Source: Patescibacteria group bacterium
Lineage (GTDB): Bacteria > Patescibacteriota > Patescibacteriia > Patescibacteriales > UBA12465
NCBI GenBank assembly: GCA_041658665.1
Contig: JBAZZR010000002.1
Location: forward strand, 243,437 to 307,436
DNA: 64,000 nt
Direction of reading: 5' to 3'
The notes under the pieces are model-generated. The model had not been told where the DNA came from, ran no database searches, and saw only the letters and a program-made list of their open reading frames with translations. Below, piece by piece: positions 18,707-28,285 of this stretch (the first letter of the stretch is position 1; each line of letters starts with the position of its first letter). The position numbers were made by a program, and so were the translations under genes.

Positions 18707-19984
18707 TTATAATTGACCTAACAATTTTTCAATCTTATAAGTACCTTGAGACTCCGCATTCAAAAATCCATCAACCGCGGCGTGAGCCAAGCGACCACTC
18801 TCTAATAAATCAGGCAACCACTCATTAATATATTCCGGGGCCGGGACGTCTAAGCCAGCGCCAATAGACAGTAACCAATCCTTATTAAACTCTTCTTGAG
18901 AACCAACGGGTGGCGAAATAATAATCGGCAAACCCAAAGCGCAATAAAAAGAAAGCTCCGAGGGTTTAGTCCATAAAATATCCGTGCGTCGTAAACAAGT
19001 ATTAAATTTTTTAAAATAATCTAGTTTATCAGGCGCAAAAATAATATCCAACCCTAACCCTATTTTTAAGCCAACCGCTTGGGCTTCCGATTCAAAATAA
19101 TTTTTAATCTCTAAACGATTACCAGCGACTAAATTCAAATGGATTTTTTTATTTTTAATCTGACTGGCTAACTGATTTAAAATTACCGAACCAATCTCTT
19201 TTTGGGCCCCCGCACCACCAACGGCGTAAGTAATAGCTAAAATCTTCGTATTATCACTAACTAATCCAGAGGCCAAATCTTTTAATAAGGGGGCATAATG
19301 TTCCTGATAACTGCCCCCTCTATCTAAAATAGCCACTCGGCGTGCTAAATCAACTTTTAATAATTCCTGGAGAGAGCCAATATTTTCTTTAGGCAAGGGG
19401 AAACCGGATATTATAATATTATTCTCACGAACTCCGTACATCAACAGGCGATCCTTAACTTTTTCACTAGGCACTAAAAATTTAGTTCGGCTACTTTGAG
19501 GATGTAGCGGCGCCCAGGCTCTCGAAGCATCGGTATCGCAAACCACACAATAAATATCGCCCGCATAATTATAGTATTCCGCCACATAAGCGGCCACGAA
19601 AAAAGTAGTAACTAAGGGTAAGCCACTCGGCTGTAAACGTTCTATTAAATCCCGTCCCAAACCCTTTTTTATTGCTCTAAAAAAATATCTCTGCTGAATA
19701 GTTATTTTAGACAAATCTCGAAAAGGATATAAAGGCGGAATTTTTTGAAAAAAATCCATCACCGAAAAAATAAGCGAGCCTAAAATCGGCACTTTTTTAA
19801 AACGCGATAATCGCTCATAAGAACCTAAAGTTTTTAACCAATATCTTTTTTCCCAATCCGGTATACCTAAATAATTATTAATAGTAATAATTTCGCCGCC
19901 GGCCAAATCTAAAAGAGGATAAGCGGCTCGCTGATGACCATAACCCATATCCGCCGCTACTAAATTTATTTTTTTGGGTGTCAT
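18707..19984 (-). CDS. GT-B glycosyltransferase (MGDG-synthase/GT28-like)
   Basis: 'MGYGHQRAA', 'SGFP', 'TKPSELS...LGLP...QEEFN'. Confidence 0.6.
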   Translation of the reverse strand: MTPKKINLVAADMGYGHQRAAYPLLDLAGGEIITINNYLGIPDWEKRYWLKTLGSYERLSRFKKVPILGSLIFSVMDFFQKIPPLYPFRDLSKITIQQRYFFRAIKKGLGRDLIERLQPSGLPLVTTFFVAAYVAEYYNYAGDIYCVVCDTDASRAWAPLHPQSSRTKFLVPSEKVKDRLLMYGVRENNIIISGFPLPKENIGSLQELLKVDLARRVAILDRGGSYQEHYAPLLKDLASGLVSDNTKILAITYAVGGAGAQKEIGSVILNQLASQIKNKKIHLNLVAGNRLEIKNYFESEAQAVGLKIGLGLDIIFAPDKLDYFKKFNTCLRRTDILWTKPSELSFYCALGLPIIISPPVGSQEEFNKDWLLSIGAGLDVPAPEYINEWLPDLLESGRLAHAAVDGFLNAESQGTYKIEKLLGQL

Positions 19985-20067
19985 AATAAAAATAAGCTTA
20001 ACAAAAACAATCTTAACAGAAAGCCTTTACTTTATTATAACAAATTATAGAGATTCTTGGCTATCAG

Positions 20068-20982
20068 TTAAAATTTATTTAACTGTAAATATTGATAAGC
20101 ACTCAAGGCGGCCGTAGTCGCTTGCCCCATAGCAATAGTAAGCTGTTTAAACTCACAGTCCGTAACATCTCCAGCGGCAAATAAACCCGGGGTTTTAGTT
20201 TCTCCTTTACTATTAGCGAGAATTTGATTTTTTTGATCTCTATCAGCTAAATCCGCGATTAAATCTGTGCTAGCAATACGCCCTACTTCGATAAAAACAC
20301 CATCAAGTGATATTTCAGTTACAGTATTAGTCAAGCTATTTAAAACTTTAATCTTTTCGACCTTATCCTTACCCTCGATACTCTTAATTGTTGTATTCAA
20401 TAATATACTAATATTGGATTTAGACTTAACCTCTTCTAAAAGGGCCTCAAAAGCCTTTAACTTATCATTATAATGAATGAGATAAACTTGGCTGCCTATT
20501 TTAGACATAACTTCGGCCGCATCTAAAGCGGAATTTCCGCCACCGATAACCGCTACTATTTTATTCTTAAAAAATGGTCCATCACAATTAGCACAATACG
20601 ATACTCCTCGGCCGTTAAATTCCACCTCTCCGGGAACAGCCAAACGACGCGGCGAAAGACCTATAGCTACTATCACTGCTTTAGCCTCAAAAGATTCGCG
20701 ACCAGTATAAAGTAAAAATGTTCCGCGAACTGTCTTTTCAATCCTTTTAACCTCATCATCTTTAAACTCAACACCACAACCTAAAGTCTGCTGTTTAATC
20801 TTGTCAATCAATTCAAAGGCATTAATTTTATTAAAACCCGGATAATTCTCAATTTCACTAGCCCAAACTAACTGTCCTCCGACTTCCCTGCCGATAATTA
20901 AAGTTTTCATCTCACGACGAGCAGCATAAATACCCGCTGTCATTCCGGCCGGACCGGAACCAATAATTATTAGATCATACAT
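20068..20982 (-). CDS. trxB: Thioredoxin-disulfide reductase
   Basis: 'IIGSGPAG', 'GVSYCANCDG', 'VIGGGNSA', 'FAAGD'. Confidence 0.92.
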   Translation of the reverse strand: MYDLIIIGSGPAGMTAGIYAARREMKTLIIGREVGGQLVWASEIENYPGFNKINAFELIDKIKQQTLGCGVEFKDDEVKRIEKTVRGTFLLYTGRESFEAKAVIVAIGLSPRRLAVPGEVEFNGRGVSYCANCDGPFFKNKIVAVIGGGNSALDAAEVMSKIGSQVYLIHYNDKLKAFEALLEEVKSKSNISILLNTTIKSIEGKDKVEKIKVLNSLTNTVTEISLDGVFIEVGRIASTDLIADLADRDQKNQILANSKGETKTPGLFAAGDVTDCEFKQLTIAMGQATTAALSAYQYLQLNKF

Positions 20983-21341
20983 AAAGTTAACTGATTTTTA
21001 TTATAGATTAAATTATTAAGCTTTATATAAAATAAACACATAAGATTATCAAACTAATTCAATTATAAATATATTTTGATTTTAAAGCAAACTAAAAAAT
21101 AACTTCAATTACTTAATAAAAAATGAAATAATATTAGCAATAATATATCTATACTAACACTTTTTCCACAATAATTATATATAAATAATATAACTAATAT
21201 TAGCTAAATTATATCAAAAAGTCTAAGTTTTAGTAGACTTAAAGTATCGCTATGTTAATATAAAATTATCAATTCATGGCATTGACAAAATATAATAATA
21301 AATTAATAATATTAGTATCAACTTACCAGAAGGATTGTAGA

Positions 21342-21620
21342 ATGAAAAAACAAAGTATTTTAACAATAACCATAACCTTTATCACTACAAAATTTTGGAT
21401 CTGGTTTATACCGCCAATAATTTTTAAAGTGATATCGGGCGATTTCTATAGTAGCGCAAAAATAATTGCTCCGCTCTTGATAGTCTTGCAACTAGCAAAT
21501 AAATATAACCTACCTTATTATTTATTATTGCTTATAACGACAGTACTACTTATTTACGCTATATATAAAACATCGGAAAGGCTATTTAACCGTACAAAAA
21601 AAGAGTTAGATCTTTTTTAA
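21342..21620 (+). CDS. Small hypothetical membrane protein in very AT-rich DNA (track start 21276)
   Basis: Open frame with hydrophobic segments; no recognisable motif. Confidence 0.35.
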   Translation: MKKQSILTITITFITTKFWIWFIPPIIFKVISGDFYSSAKIIAPLLIVLQLANKYNLPYYLLLLITTVLLIYAIYKTSERLFNRTKKELDLF

Positions 21621-21775
21621 AAGCCAGTTAGTTAAAAACTGGTTTTTTTATTTTTTAATCTGAATAACTTATATACAACTATAGTTAAATATGTATAACT
21701 TTTATTTTTAAAAATAGCAACGTGACATTGCATTCTTTTTAAAAAAATCTCGCTTGTACGAGATTTTTTATTTAG

Positions 21776-21849
21776 TGGACCATAAGGGACTTGAACCCTT
21801 GACCTCTTCCATGCCATGGAAGCGCTCTAGCCAACTGAGCTAATGGCCC
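21776..21849 (-). tRNA. tRNA-Ala(GGC)
   Basis: Reverse complement GGGCCAT...ATGGTCC-A, G3:U70 pair, loop ATGGCAT. Confidence 0.92.
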
Positions 21850-22076
21850 TTTATAAAAATGTTCTTTGAGGAACATTCTATCAATAAATATAAAATTGTT
21901 CTATGAAGAACATTAGACTAATAAATACTATCAGTATAAAGAAACGTCAAAAATACAATAATATAAGCTATAAACTATAATAATATATATAAAATAAAAG
22001 TCAAGTAACAAAACACCATTTTTTTATATATACGTCAAATAATTGACAAAATAAATATAAAATTGCAATAAAAATG

Positions 22077-22148
22077 TGTCCCCGCCAGGAATCGAACCTG
22101 GATTTAGAACTTAGGAGATTCTCGTTCTATCCATTGAACTACGAGGAC
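22077..22148 (-). tRNA. tRNA-Arg(CCT)
   Basis: Reverse complement GTCCTCG...CGGGGAC-A, loop CTCCTAA. Confidence 0.92.
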
Positions 22149-22330
22149 ATAGCACAAACAGATCGCCTAGATTAATAAGTCTAAAAACAGATCAAGCGGC
22201 TAGACATATATTATAACAATATAATTTTTTTTACAATCTAATAATAAAAATCTTTGACAAAGGGTGAGGATTAGACTAAAATAAAAACAGATTTCTCTTA
22301 TTTTGTTTATTTTTACTTAAAATTAACTAT

Positions 22331-22735
22331 ATGTTTAGTAAAGACAGCCGGTTAGAAAAAATAAAAGATGCCGAAACTATAATCGGCGCTTCTATTAAGG
22401 TAAAGGGGAATTTCCAGGGGCAGGGGAATATTATTATCGAAGGAGCGCTCGAGGGATCGCTCAAAACGGACGCTAGTATTTTTATAGGCGATAAAGCTAA
22501 AATAGTTGCTAGTATTGAAGCCAAAGATGTTATAGTAAACGGGGAAGTCCGTGGAAATATTAAAGGCAAAAATTATTTAGCAATTGGTGGCACTGCAAAA
22601 ATATTTGGTGATTTGCAATATGGAGAAATATCGGTAGAAAAAGGCGCTACCATCAACGGCCAACTATTAATGCTCTCCGAAGAACATAAACAAAATATAA
22701 AAAATAAACCGGAAGACAGTCCTAGCGAAAAATAA
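22331..22735 (+). CDS. Bactofilin (polymer-forming cytoskeletal protein)
   Basis: 'ETIIG....VKG......I.IEG...G', 'V.GEV.GNI', 'I.GD......VEKGA.ING'. Confidence 0.88.
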   Translation: MFSKDSRLEKIKDAETIIGASIKVKGNFQGQGNIIIEGALEGSLKTDASIFIGDKAKIVASIEAKDVIVNGEVRGNIKGKNYLAIGGTAKIFGDLQYGEISVEKGATINGQLLMLSEEHKQNIKNKPEDSPSEK

Positions 22736-22753
22736 AGACTAGTTAATTATACT

Positions 22754-23494
22754 ATGCACGTCTATATTTACGACGATTTCTTAGATAAAGGAAAATACAA
22801 TAAGATCATTAACCGAATTGAAATACGCCTTACTGACCTTGGCCTTAATGGCAAAATCATCCGACTCAGCGGCATAAAAAATATTAAAGGAGCTGTACAA
22901 AACGAAGTAAAACTAGGCGCTAAAACAATTATTGCTGTCGGAGACAATCAAACAATTAATAAAATTATTGGCGCCATTATCGACACGGATATATACGGCG
23001 ACTTTCAAAAAAAGACTTTACTAGGAATAATACCAGTCGGTGATGATAATTCTATCGCCGCCTCTTTCGGTGTCAAAAATGAAATGGACGCTTGTAATAT
23101 CCTTCTAGCCAGACGCATTGAACAAATCGATTTAGGCTTAGCCGGTAAATATTATTTTTTAAATCAAGCCAGTATCCAAAGCCTTAATACCGTGTTAAAA
23201 ATTAAAGATTATTCTTTAGAAGTTCAAGAAAAGGGCGAAATTAAAATTATCAATCTACTGAGCGGCCCCGCCCTAAATCTACTAAAATCTAACCCTCACG
23301 ACGGTCTACTGGATATTTATATTAAAACCAGAAAAAGAGACGAAAGTGTTTTAAAAATAGATAAGATAAAAATTTCTAACCCGGAGAATAAACTATTAAT
23401 TGACGGGGTTATGGAAATAGATACTCCCGTAGAATTAAGTGTTTTAAAAAATCAAGTTAACGTAATCGTCGGACGTGATCGCGCTTTTGAATAA
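22754..23494 (+). CDS. Diacylglycerol-kinase-family protein with divergent motif
   Basis: 'IIAVGDNQT', 'LGIIPVG..N.IA..FG', 'IDLG....YFLN'. Confidence 0.7.
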   Translation: MHVYIYDDFLDKGKYNKIINRIEIRLTDLGLNGKIIRLSGIKNIKGAVQNEVKLGAKTIIAVGDNQTINKIIGAIIDTDIYGDFQKKTLLGIIPVGDDNSIAASFGVKNEMDACNILLARRIEQIDLGLAGKYYFLNQASIQSLNTVLKIKDYSLEVQEKGEIKIINLLSGPALNLLKSNPHDGLLDIYIKTRKRDESVLKIDKIKISNPENKLLIDGVMEIDTPVELSVLKNQVNVIVGRDRAFE

Positions 23495-23637
23495 AAAAAG
23501 ACCAACTTAAACGGGTAGGCAAGAAAATTTCTTCTAGGCACTTTCGAGCCGTAAAGCCGGAAAAATCCTAGCAAGAAAATCCCCATGCTTGTCGTGCCTG
23601 ACCCGTTTAAACTGGTCTTTTAATATCCTGTAGAGAA
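23493..23637 (-). ncRNA. Candidate rod-shaped ncRNA (unassigned)
   Basis: Long closing helix AAAAGACCAGTTTAAACGGGTCAGGCA / TGCCTACCCGTTTAAGTTGGTCTTTT plus inner helices; own TTGACA-17-TATATT promoter. Confidence 0.5.
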
Positions 23638-23643
23638 CTATTC

Positions 23644-23686
23644 AATATATCATAAGTATATATACTTGTCAATAGAGTTATCCACA
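23644..23686 (-). promoter_or_regulatory. Sigma70 promoter with adjacent perfect DnaA box
   Basis: -35 TTGACA 23672-23667, -10 TATATT 23649-23644, TTATCCACA at 23678-23686. Confidence 0.65.
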
Positions 23687-23700
23687 ATTTCTCAACAAAC

Positions 23701-23730
23701 AAAAAAGACTGTTCAAAACAGTCTTTTTTT
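23701..23730. terminator. Intrinsic terminator after rnj
   Basis: AAAAAAGACTGTT-caa-AACAGTCTTTTTTT. Confidence 0.8.
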
Positions 23731-23746
23731 ATAAAACCCTAAAAAT

Positions 23747-25597
23747 TTACACTCTAATGACAACCGGCAAAACCATAGGGCGACGTTTCGTCGAATTAAA
23801 TAAAAACTGACCAATATCATTTCTTATTTTATTCTTTATATAATCATCGTCAGCGGGAGTCATAGGATTCTTGTCTTTAACGATTGTCTTAACTCTCGTC
23901 CGCGTTTTCTCAATTAAATCTCGATTCTCTTTCATGTGAACAAAGCCTCGAGAAATCAAATCCGGATTACCAATAATGGCCCCCGTCTTGGCATCGATAG
24001 TCGCAATTACCACAATCATTCCATCGTCAGCCATCATCCTTCTATCTCTCAAAACAATTTCCGAAACATCACCGATACCAAGTCCATCAACCATCACGTA
24101 GTCAGTGTTAGCTTTCTCCTTTAAAACTGCAGGTTGGCGGCCTTTTTGAAATTTTATAATATTACCGTTATCCAGCACAAAAATTTGATCTGCTCGGAAA
24201 CCTTCACGCAGTGCTAATTTTTTAGCTTCCACCAACATATAATGATTGGCGTATACCGGTAAAAAATAATCTGGTTTAATTTGCTTTAAGATGGTTTTAA
24301 TATCATCCACGTTGGCATGGCCGCCGGAATGGACATCCATAATACTGCTATGAATAACGTGGTCGCTTAAACGATAAATCTGATCTTTAACTTTCTGGAC
24401 AGAACGTTCATTGCCTGGAATAACGGAAGAGGAAAAAATAACCACATCCGATTTTTTAATATTAATGTAGCGATGATTACCATTAACAATTCGTGAAAAC
24501 ACCGCGTTGGATTCCCCCTGAGCGCCGGTGCAAATAACCACAATTTTGTTTTCGGGATATTTACTAATCTCTTCAACCGGAATCAGGGTATGTTTATGAG
24601 CTGGGATATAACCTAATTCCTGAGCAATCTTCACATTCATCTTCATGCCATAACCATCCAAAATTACTTTTTTACCAATTTTTTCAGAATATTCTAACAA
24701 ACTAGTAACCCGTTCTAATTGAGAAGCAAAAGTGCCAATAATTACGCGTCCTGGAGCTTCACTAATTAATTTTTCCAGATTACCTTGGCTAGTTTTAATG
24801 GGGACTCTTTCTTTAGAGTAGGCCACGCCCAGGCTTTCTAGCATTAAAATCCGGGGTGAGGGAAGTTTGGCCAATTCTTCATAGCCGACAACTCCGCCCT
24901 CCATCGGATCGCCTTCAATCATCCAGTCACCGGGATGAATGATGGTGCCGTGTGGAGTTTGAATAATTACTCCAACCGCGTCAATAATAGAGTGTTCAAC
25001 TTTAAAGAAACTAATTTGAAATTTTCCTAAACTAATTTTCTGATCAATGGAGTTAATAACAATTGTTTTTAAATTCTTGGTTGTGCCGCGTTTATAGTCT
25101 TCTTGTCGATGTTTAATCATCGCTAAGGTTAACTGGCGACCAATAATCGGCGGATTGCCTAATTGTTCTAATAAAATTGGCGCAGCCCCGATATGGTCAA
25201 GATGGCCATGGCTAAAAATAACACCCCGAATATTTTTTTCTTTACCTCGTAAAGAAGCCACGTTGGGTATAATATAATCAATCCCGGGCATGTCTTCATC
25301 GGCAAACTGCAAACCCATATCGAGAATAATAATATCATTATCATACTCAAAGACCGTACAATTACGTCCAACTTCTTCCTGCCCACCCAGCGGACAAATC
25401 TTTAAACTGGAACCGCCCGAAAAGACCGAGGGATTAGGAGAAAAATTAGGATGATACGGTTTCGCTGAAGAGGCTGGCCGAGATTTTATAATAGTTCGTG
25501 ATTCTGACCCTCGCCCCGGCTCATTACGCCGCGGTGGACGATTAGAAAAATTTTTTCGAGGCAAAGCCGTCGAAACATTCTGTTGTTTTACTAACAT
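23747..25597 (-). CDS. rnj: Ribonuclease J
   Basis: 'PLGG.EEVGRN', 'SHGHLDHIGA', 'CTGAQGE', 'H.GGHA', 'TKRRPMVLPV'. Confidence 0.95.
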   Translation of the reverse strand: MLVKQQNVSTALPRKNFSNRPPRRNEPGRGSESRTIIKSRPASSAKPYHPNFSPNPSVFSGGSSLKICPLGGQEEVGRNCTVFEYDNDIIILDMGLQFADEDMPGIDYIIPNVASLRGKEKNIRGVIFSHGHLDHIGAAPILLEQLGNPPIIGRQLTLAMIKHRQEDYKRGTTKNLKTIVINSIDQKISLGKFQISFFKVEHSIIDAVGVIIQTPHGTIIHPGDWMIEGDPMEGGVVGYEELAKLPSPRILMLESLGVAYSKERVPIKTSQGNLEKLISEAPGRVIIGTFASQLERVTSLLEYSEKIGKKVILDGYGMKMNVKIAQELGYIPAHKHTLIPVEEISKYPENKIVVICTGAQGESNAVFSRIVNGNHRYINIKKSDVVIFSSSVIPGNERSVQKVKDQIYRLSDHVIHSSIMDVHSGGHANVDDIKTILKQIKPDYFLPVYANHYMLVEAKKLALREGFRADQIFVLDNGNIIKFQKGRQPAVLKEKANTDYVMVDGLGIGDVSEIVLRDRRMMADDGMIVVIATIDAKTGAIIGNPDLISRGFVHMKENRDLIEKTRTRVKTIVKDKNPMTPADDDYIKNKIRNDIGQFLFNSTKRRPMVLPVVIRV

Positions 25598-25662
25598 TTT
25601 TTTAATTATTAAATTTTTTGAGTTATATAAATCTAGCGTTAAGAAACTCTAAAATAAAGCTC

Positions 25663-27441
25663 TTACCAGATTATTTTTTTCTTAGTTTTTAGATACCAAT
25701 CACTTACTCCGCTAAAACGATCCGCCGGATTGACGATCATTGTTCCGGAAAATCCTTGGAGTTTAGAGCTTTGGATATATGGATAAGCCGGTGAATATAA
25801 AAATATCACTGGCAAATCATTGGTAATTATTTCTTGAAATTTTTTATAACGACTAATTCTAGAATCTAAATCAGTAAGTGCCCTCGCCTCTGATAATAAC
25901 TTATCAACAGCCGGATTATTATAATTAGCTAAATTTAAACCACGGGAACCAATCTGACTGGAATGCCAAAAAGCATAGACATCAGGATCGCCTCCGACAA
26001 ATTCCCCATATAATAAAATTTCAAAATTACGATCTTTAATTATATTAGCCGCTTCTTCAGCTGAAATTACTTGCAGACTTATTTTAACGCCAATTTTTTC
26101 CCAGAAATCCTTGATCTCTTCGGCCACTAACATATTACTCCCCGTGTCAACGACAGTTAAAATAGCGGCTAATGGTTTCTTAGAAATAATGGCAGCCGCT
26201 TCAAGCGCGGAATAGCCGTAAACTGTCAAAGCGTCGTTATAAGCAAAATTTTGTTTTAAGATCGGGCCATCGGCTACTTGGTATGTATTATTAAAAACGT
26301 CATTAATAATCTGATCTTTATTAATCGCTTTCGCTAAAGCCACTCGGATCTCTTTGTCGGCCAAGGCCTTATTCTTAGTATTATTAAAAAATAAAGAAAC
26401 AATTCGCGGTTGAATTAGTTCATGAAAAAATAAGGAGTCTTTAGCTAATAAATCTTTACGAAAATCAAAAGGTAAATAGTTCAAACCCATTATTTTATTA
26501 TCGTTTAAAGCTTTAATGGCCTCAGGATAATCAGTAAAAAATTTAAAATTAATGCCGCTAATATAAGGAACTCGCCCGTAATAATCTTTACTCGCCTCCA
26601 AATAATATTCCTTCAAATCACCGCTGGTATTTTTAACTAATGATTTAAACTTAAAAGGTCCAGAACCGACTGGTTTTAAATTTAAATCCGATAAAACGGC
26701 GGCACCCGGACTAGTATTTTCCCATAAACTCTTAGGCATGATACCAAAAGTCAAAAGTTCTAAAAACGGAGCATAGGGCTCAGACAAACTAAATTTAATA
26801 GTACTATCATCTACTTTTATCGCCTCGACCTTAGTCAGCGCTAAACGTAGCGGGGAACGGAAATCAGGGTTCTTAATCAAGTCAAAAGTAAATAAGACGT
26901 CCTCAATGGTTAGTTTAGAACCATTATGCCATTTCACATTTTTTTTAATTTTAACTGAATAGTCTAAATTATTGGCGCTAATACTAACGCTACCCGCTAA
27001 ATCATTAACCAAGCGACCAAGATTATCATACTGAAATAAACTAGAGTATACCAAACGACTGATATCGCTATCAACATCACGATTGACGGCATATAACGGA
27101 TTAATATTTTTAGGATAAGCAACCACCCCTTCGCTATATACTCCGCCCGGCAGTGGCGAATATTGAATATGCTTACTAATAAGAACAAAAACTAAATAGG
27201 CGGCATTAATTATTACTACCAATAAACAAATTTTCACAATTAAAAATTCTCGAGGATTTAAAAATTTATTGAGGTGTTTTATCTGGCGCGGGCTGGGAAT
27301 TTTACGTGAAGAAAGATCGTAAATCAACCTTTTATCTAAATCCTCCTGATCAACCGCCGGCTTTTTACGAAAACGTAAAAAAGACCAAGTATTCCTCAGC
27401 TGCTTCCATAAAGAAGTAGTTTTAATTGAGATTAGGCCCAC
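25663..27441 (-). CDS. Peptide/nickel ABC transporter substrate-binding protein (family 5)
   Basis: 'KWHNG..LT.EDV.FT', 'PVGSGPFK', 'WHSSQ....LN..NY.NP.VD.LL'. Confidence 0.88.
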   Translation of the reverse strand: MGLISIKTTSLWKQLRNTWSFLRFRKKPAVDQEDLDKRLIYDLSSRKIPSPRQIKHLNKFLNPREFLIVKICLLVVIINAAYLVFVLISKHIQYSPLPGGVYSEGVVAYPKNINPLYAVNRDVDSDISRLVYSSLFQYDNLGRLVNDLAGSVSISANNLDYSVKIKKNVKWHNGSKLTIEDVLFTFDLIKNPDFRSPLRLALTKVEAIKVDDSTIKFSLSEPYAPFLELLTFGIMPKSLWENTSPGAAVLSDLNLKPVGSGPFKFKSLVKNTSGDLKEYYLEASKDYYGRVPYISGINFKFFTDYPEAIKALNDNKIMGLNYLPFDFRKDLLAKDSLFFHELIQPRIVSLFFNNTKNKALADKEIRVALAKAINKDQIINDVFNNTYQVADGPILKQNFAYNDALTVYGYSALEAAAIISKKPLAAILTVVDTGSNMLVAEEIKDFWEKIGVKISLQVISAEEAANIIKDRNFEILLYGEFVGGDPDVYAFWHSSQIGSRGLNLANYNNPAVDKLLSEARALTDLDSRISRYKKFQEIITNDLPVIFLYSPAYPYIQSSKLQGFSGTMIVNPADRFSGVSDWYLKTKKKIIW

Positions 27442-27447
27442 AAAATT

Positions 27448-27669
27448 TTAAAATTTTATGAAGAAAACGCCTAAAGATAAGAGTAAAAAAATAAGCGCTA
27501 AAATAATAGTGGCAATAAAAAGCTTTTTTTCCAAACCGCGTTTAGTTAAATATACTCCGCCGGAACCACCAAAAACATTACCAAGACCGGTACCGCGATT
27601 CTGCATTAAAATAGCCAGCATTAATAAGATAGCAACCACGGCTTGAGTAATTTTAACCCAAAAAATCAT
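27448..27669 (-). CDS. secG: Preprotein translocase subunit SecG
   Basis: 'ILMQ.RG.GLG..FGG......RG.EK.L'. Confidence 0.92.
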   Translation of the reverse strand: MIFWVKITQAVVAILLMLAILMQNRGTGLGNVFGGSGGVYLTKRGLEKKLFIATIILALIFLLLSLGVFFIKF

Positions 27670-27673
27670 AAGA

Positions 27674-28021
27674 TTATTTCTTGATAGTAGCGATTAAAGC
27701 CGCTAAAACCTCTTTATCTTTTACCGCCAAATCCGCTAATATTTTTCGATCAATTTCTACCTTATTTTTCTTTAAGAGATCAATAAAGCGTGAGTAAGAC
27801 AAGTCATGATTACGGACAAAAGCATTTATCTTAATTTGCCATAAACCACGCATAGTTCTTTTTTTCTTACGACGATCAGTATAGGCATGCGCCCCTGCTT
27901 TAGTCCGAGCGGTTTTTGCTAATTTAATTAATTTTTTGCGACCCCATTTATAACCCTTAACATCTTTCAGGATGTTCTTTCTTCTTTTGACATGGATCAT
28001 TCCACGCTTTACTCTAGGCAT
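27674..28021 (-). CDS. rplT: 50S ribosomal protein L20
   Basis: 'MPRVKRG', 'AY.DRRKKKR..R.LW', 'SYSRFI', 'DRKILADLAV'. Confidence 0.97.
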   Translation of the reverse strand: MPRVKRGMIHVKRRKNILKDVKGYKWGRKKLIKLAKTARTKAGAHAYTDRRKKKRTMRGLWQIKINAFVRNHDLSYSRFIDLLKKNKVEIDRKILADLAVKDKEVLAALIATIKK

Positions 28022-28087
28022 AGGATTAAATTATTGAAAGACTGAAAAATCAATTTAGCACTGTAAACAATTTTTCAATTCTATATT

Positions 28088-28285
28088 CTAATTATAAGGT
28101 GTTAAAAATTTAATGGTTTTTTCTAAAGTTTTAGTAGTTGAGATATCTAAACGTTTCTTTCTGGTAGTGTTCCCCGTTTCCCGAGAATTAAAATGATCCT
28201 GACCGGCTTTTCTCTGGGTCAATTTATTTTTTCCAGTCTTCTTAAAACGTTTTACTGTAGCTTGATGAGTCTTAATTTTTGGCAT
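28088..28285 (-). CDS. rpmI: 50S ribosomal protein L35
   Basis: 'MPKIKTH....KRFK.TG'. Confidence 0.95.
   Translation of the reverse strand: MPKIKTHQATVKRFKKTGKNKLTQRKAGQDHFNSRETGNTTRKKRLDISTTKTLEKTIKFLTPYN

Noticed and set aside
21632-21817. 61-aa minus ORF, and likewise the 36702-36962 ORF
   Set aside because: They overlap tRNA genes; the translations are tRNA-derived artefacts
23493-23637. SRP RNA, or a minus-strand peptide starting MGIFLLGFF
   Set aside because: No SRP domain IV motif or GNRA apex; the ORF start is buried in the helix and the frame runs through the U-tract into the convergent gene
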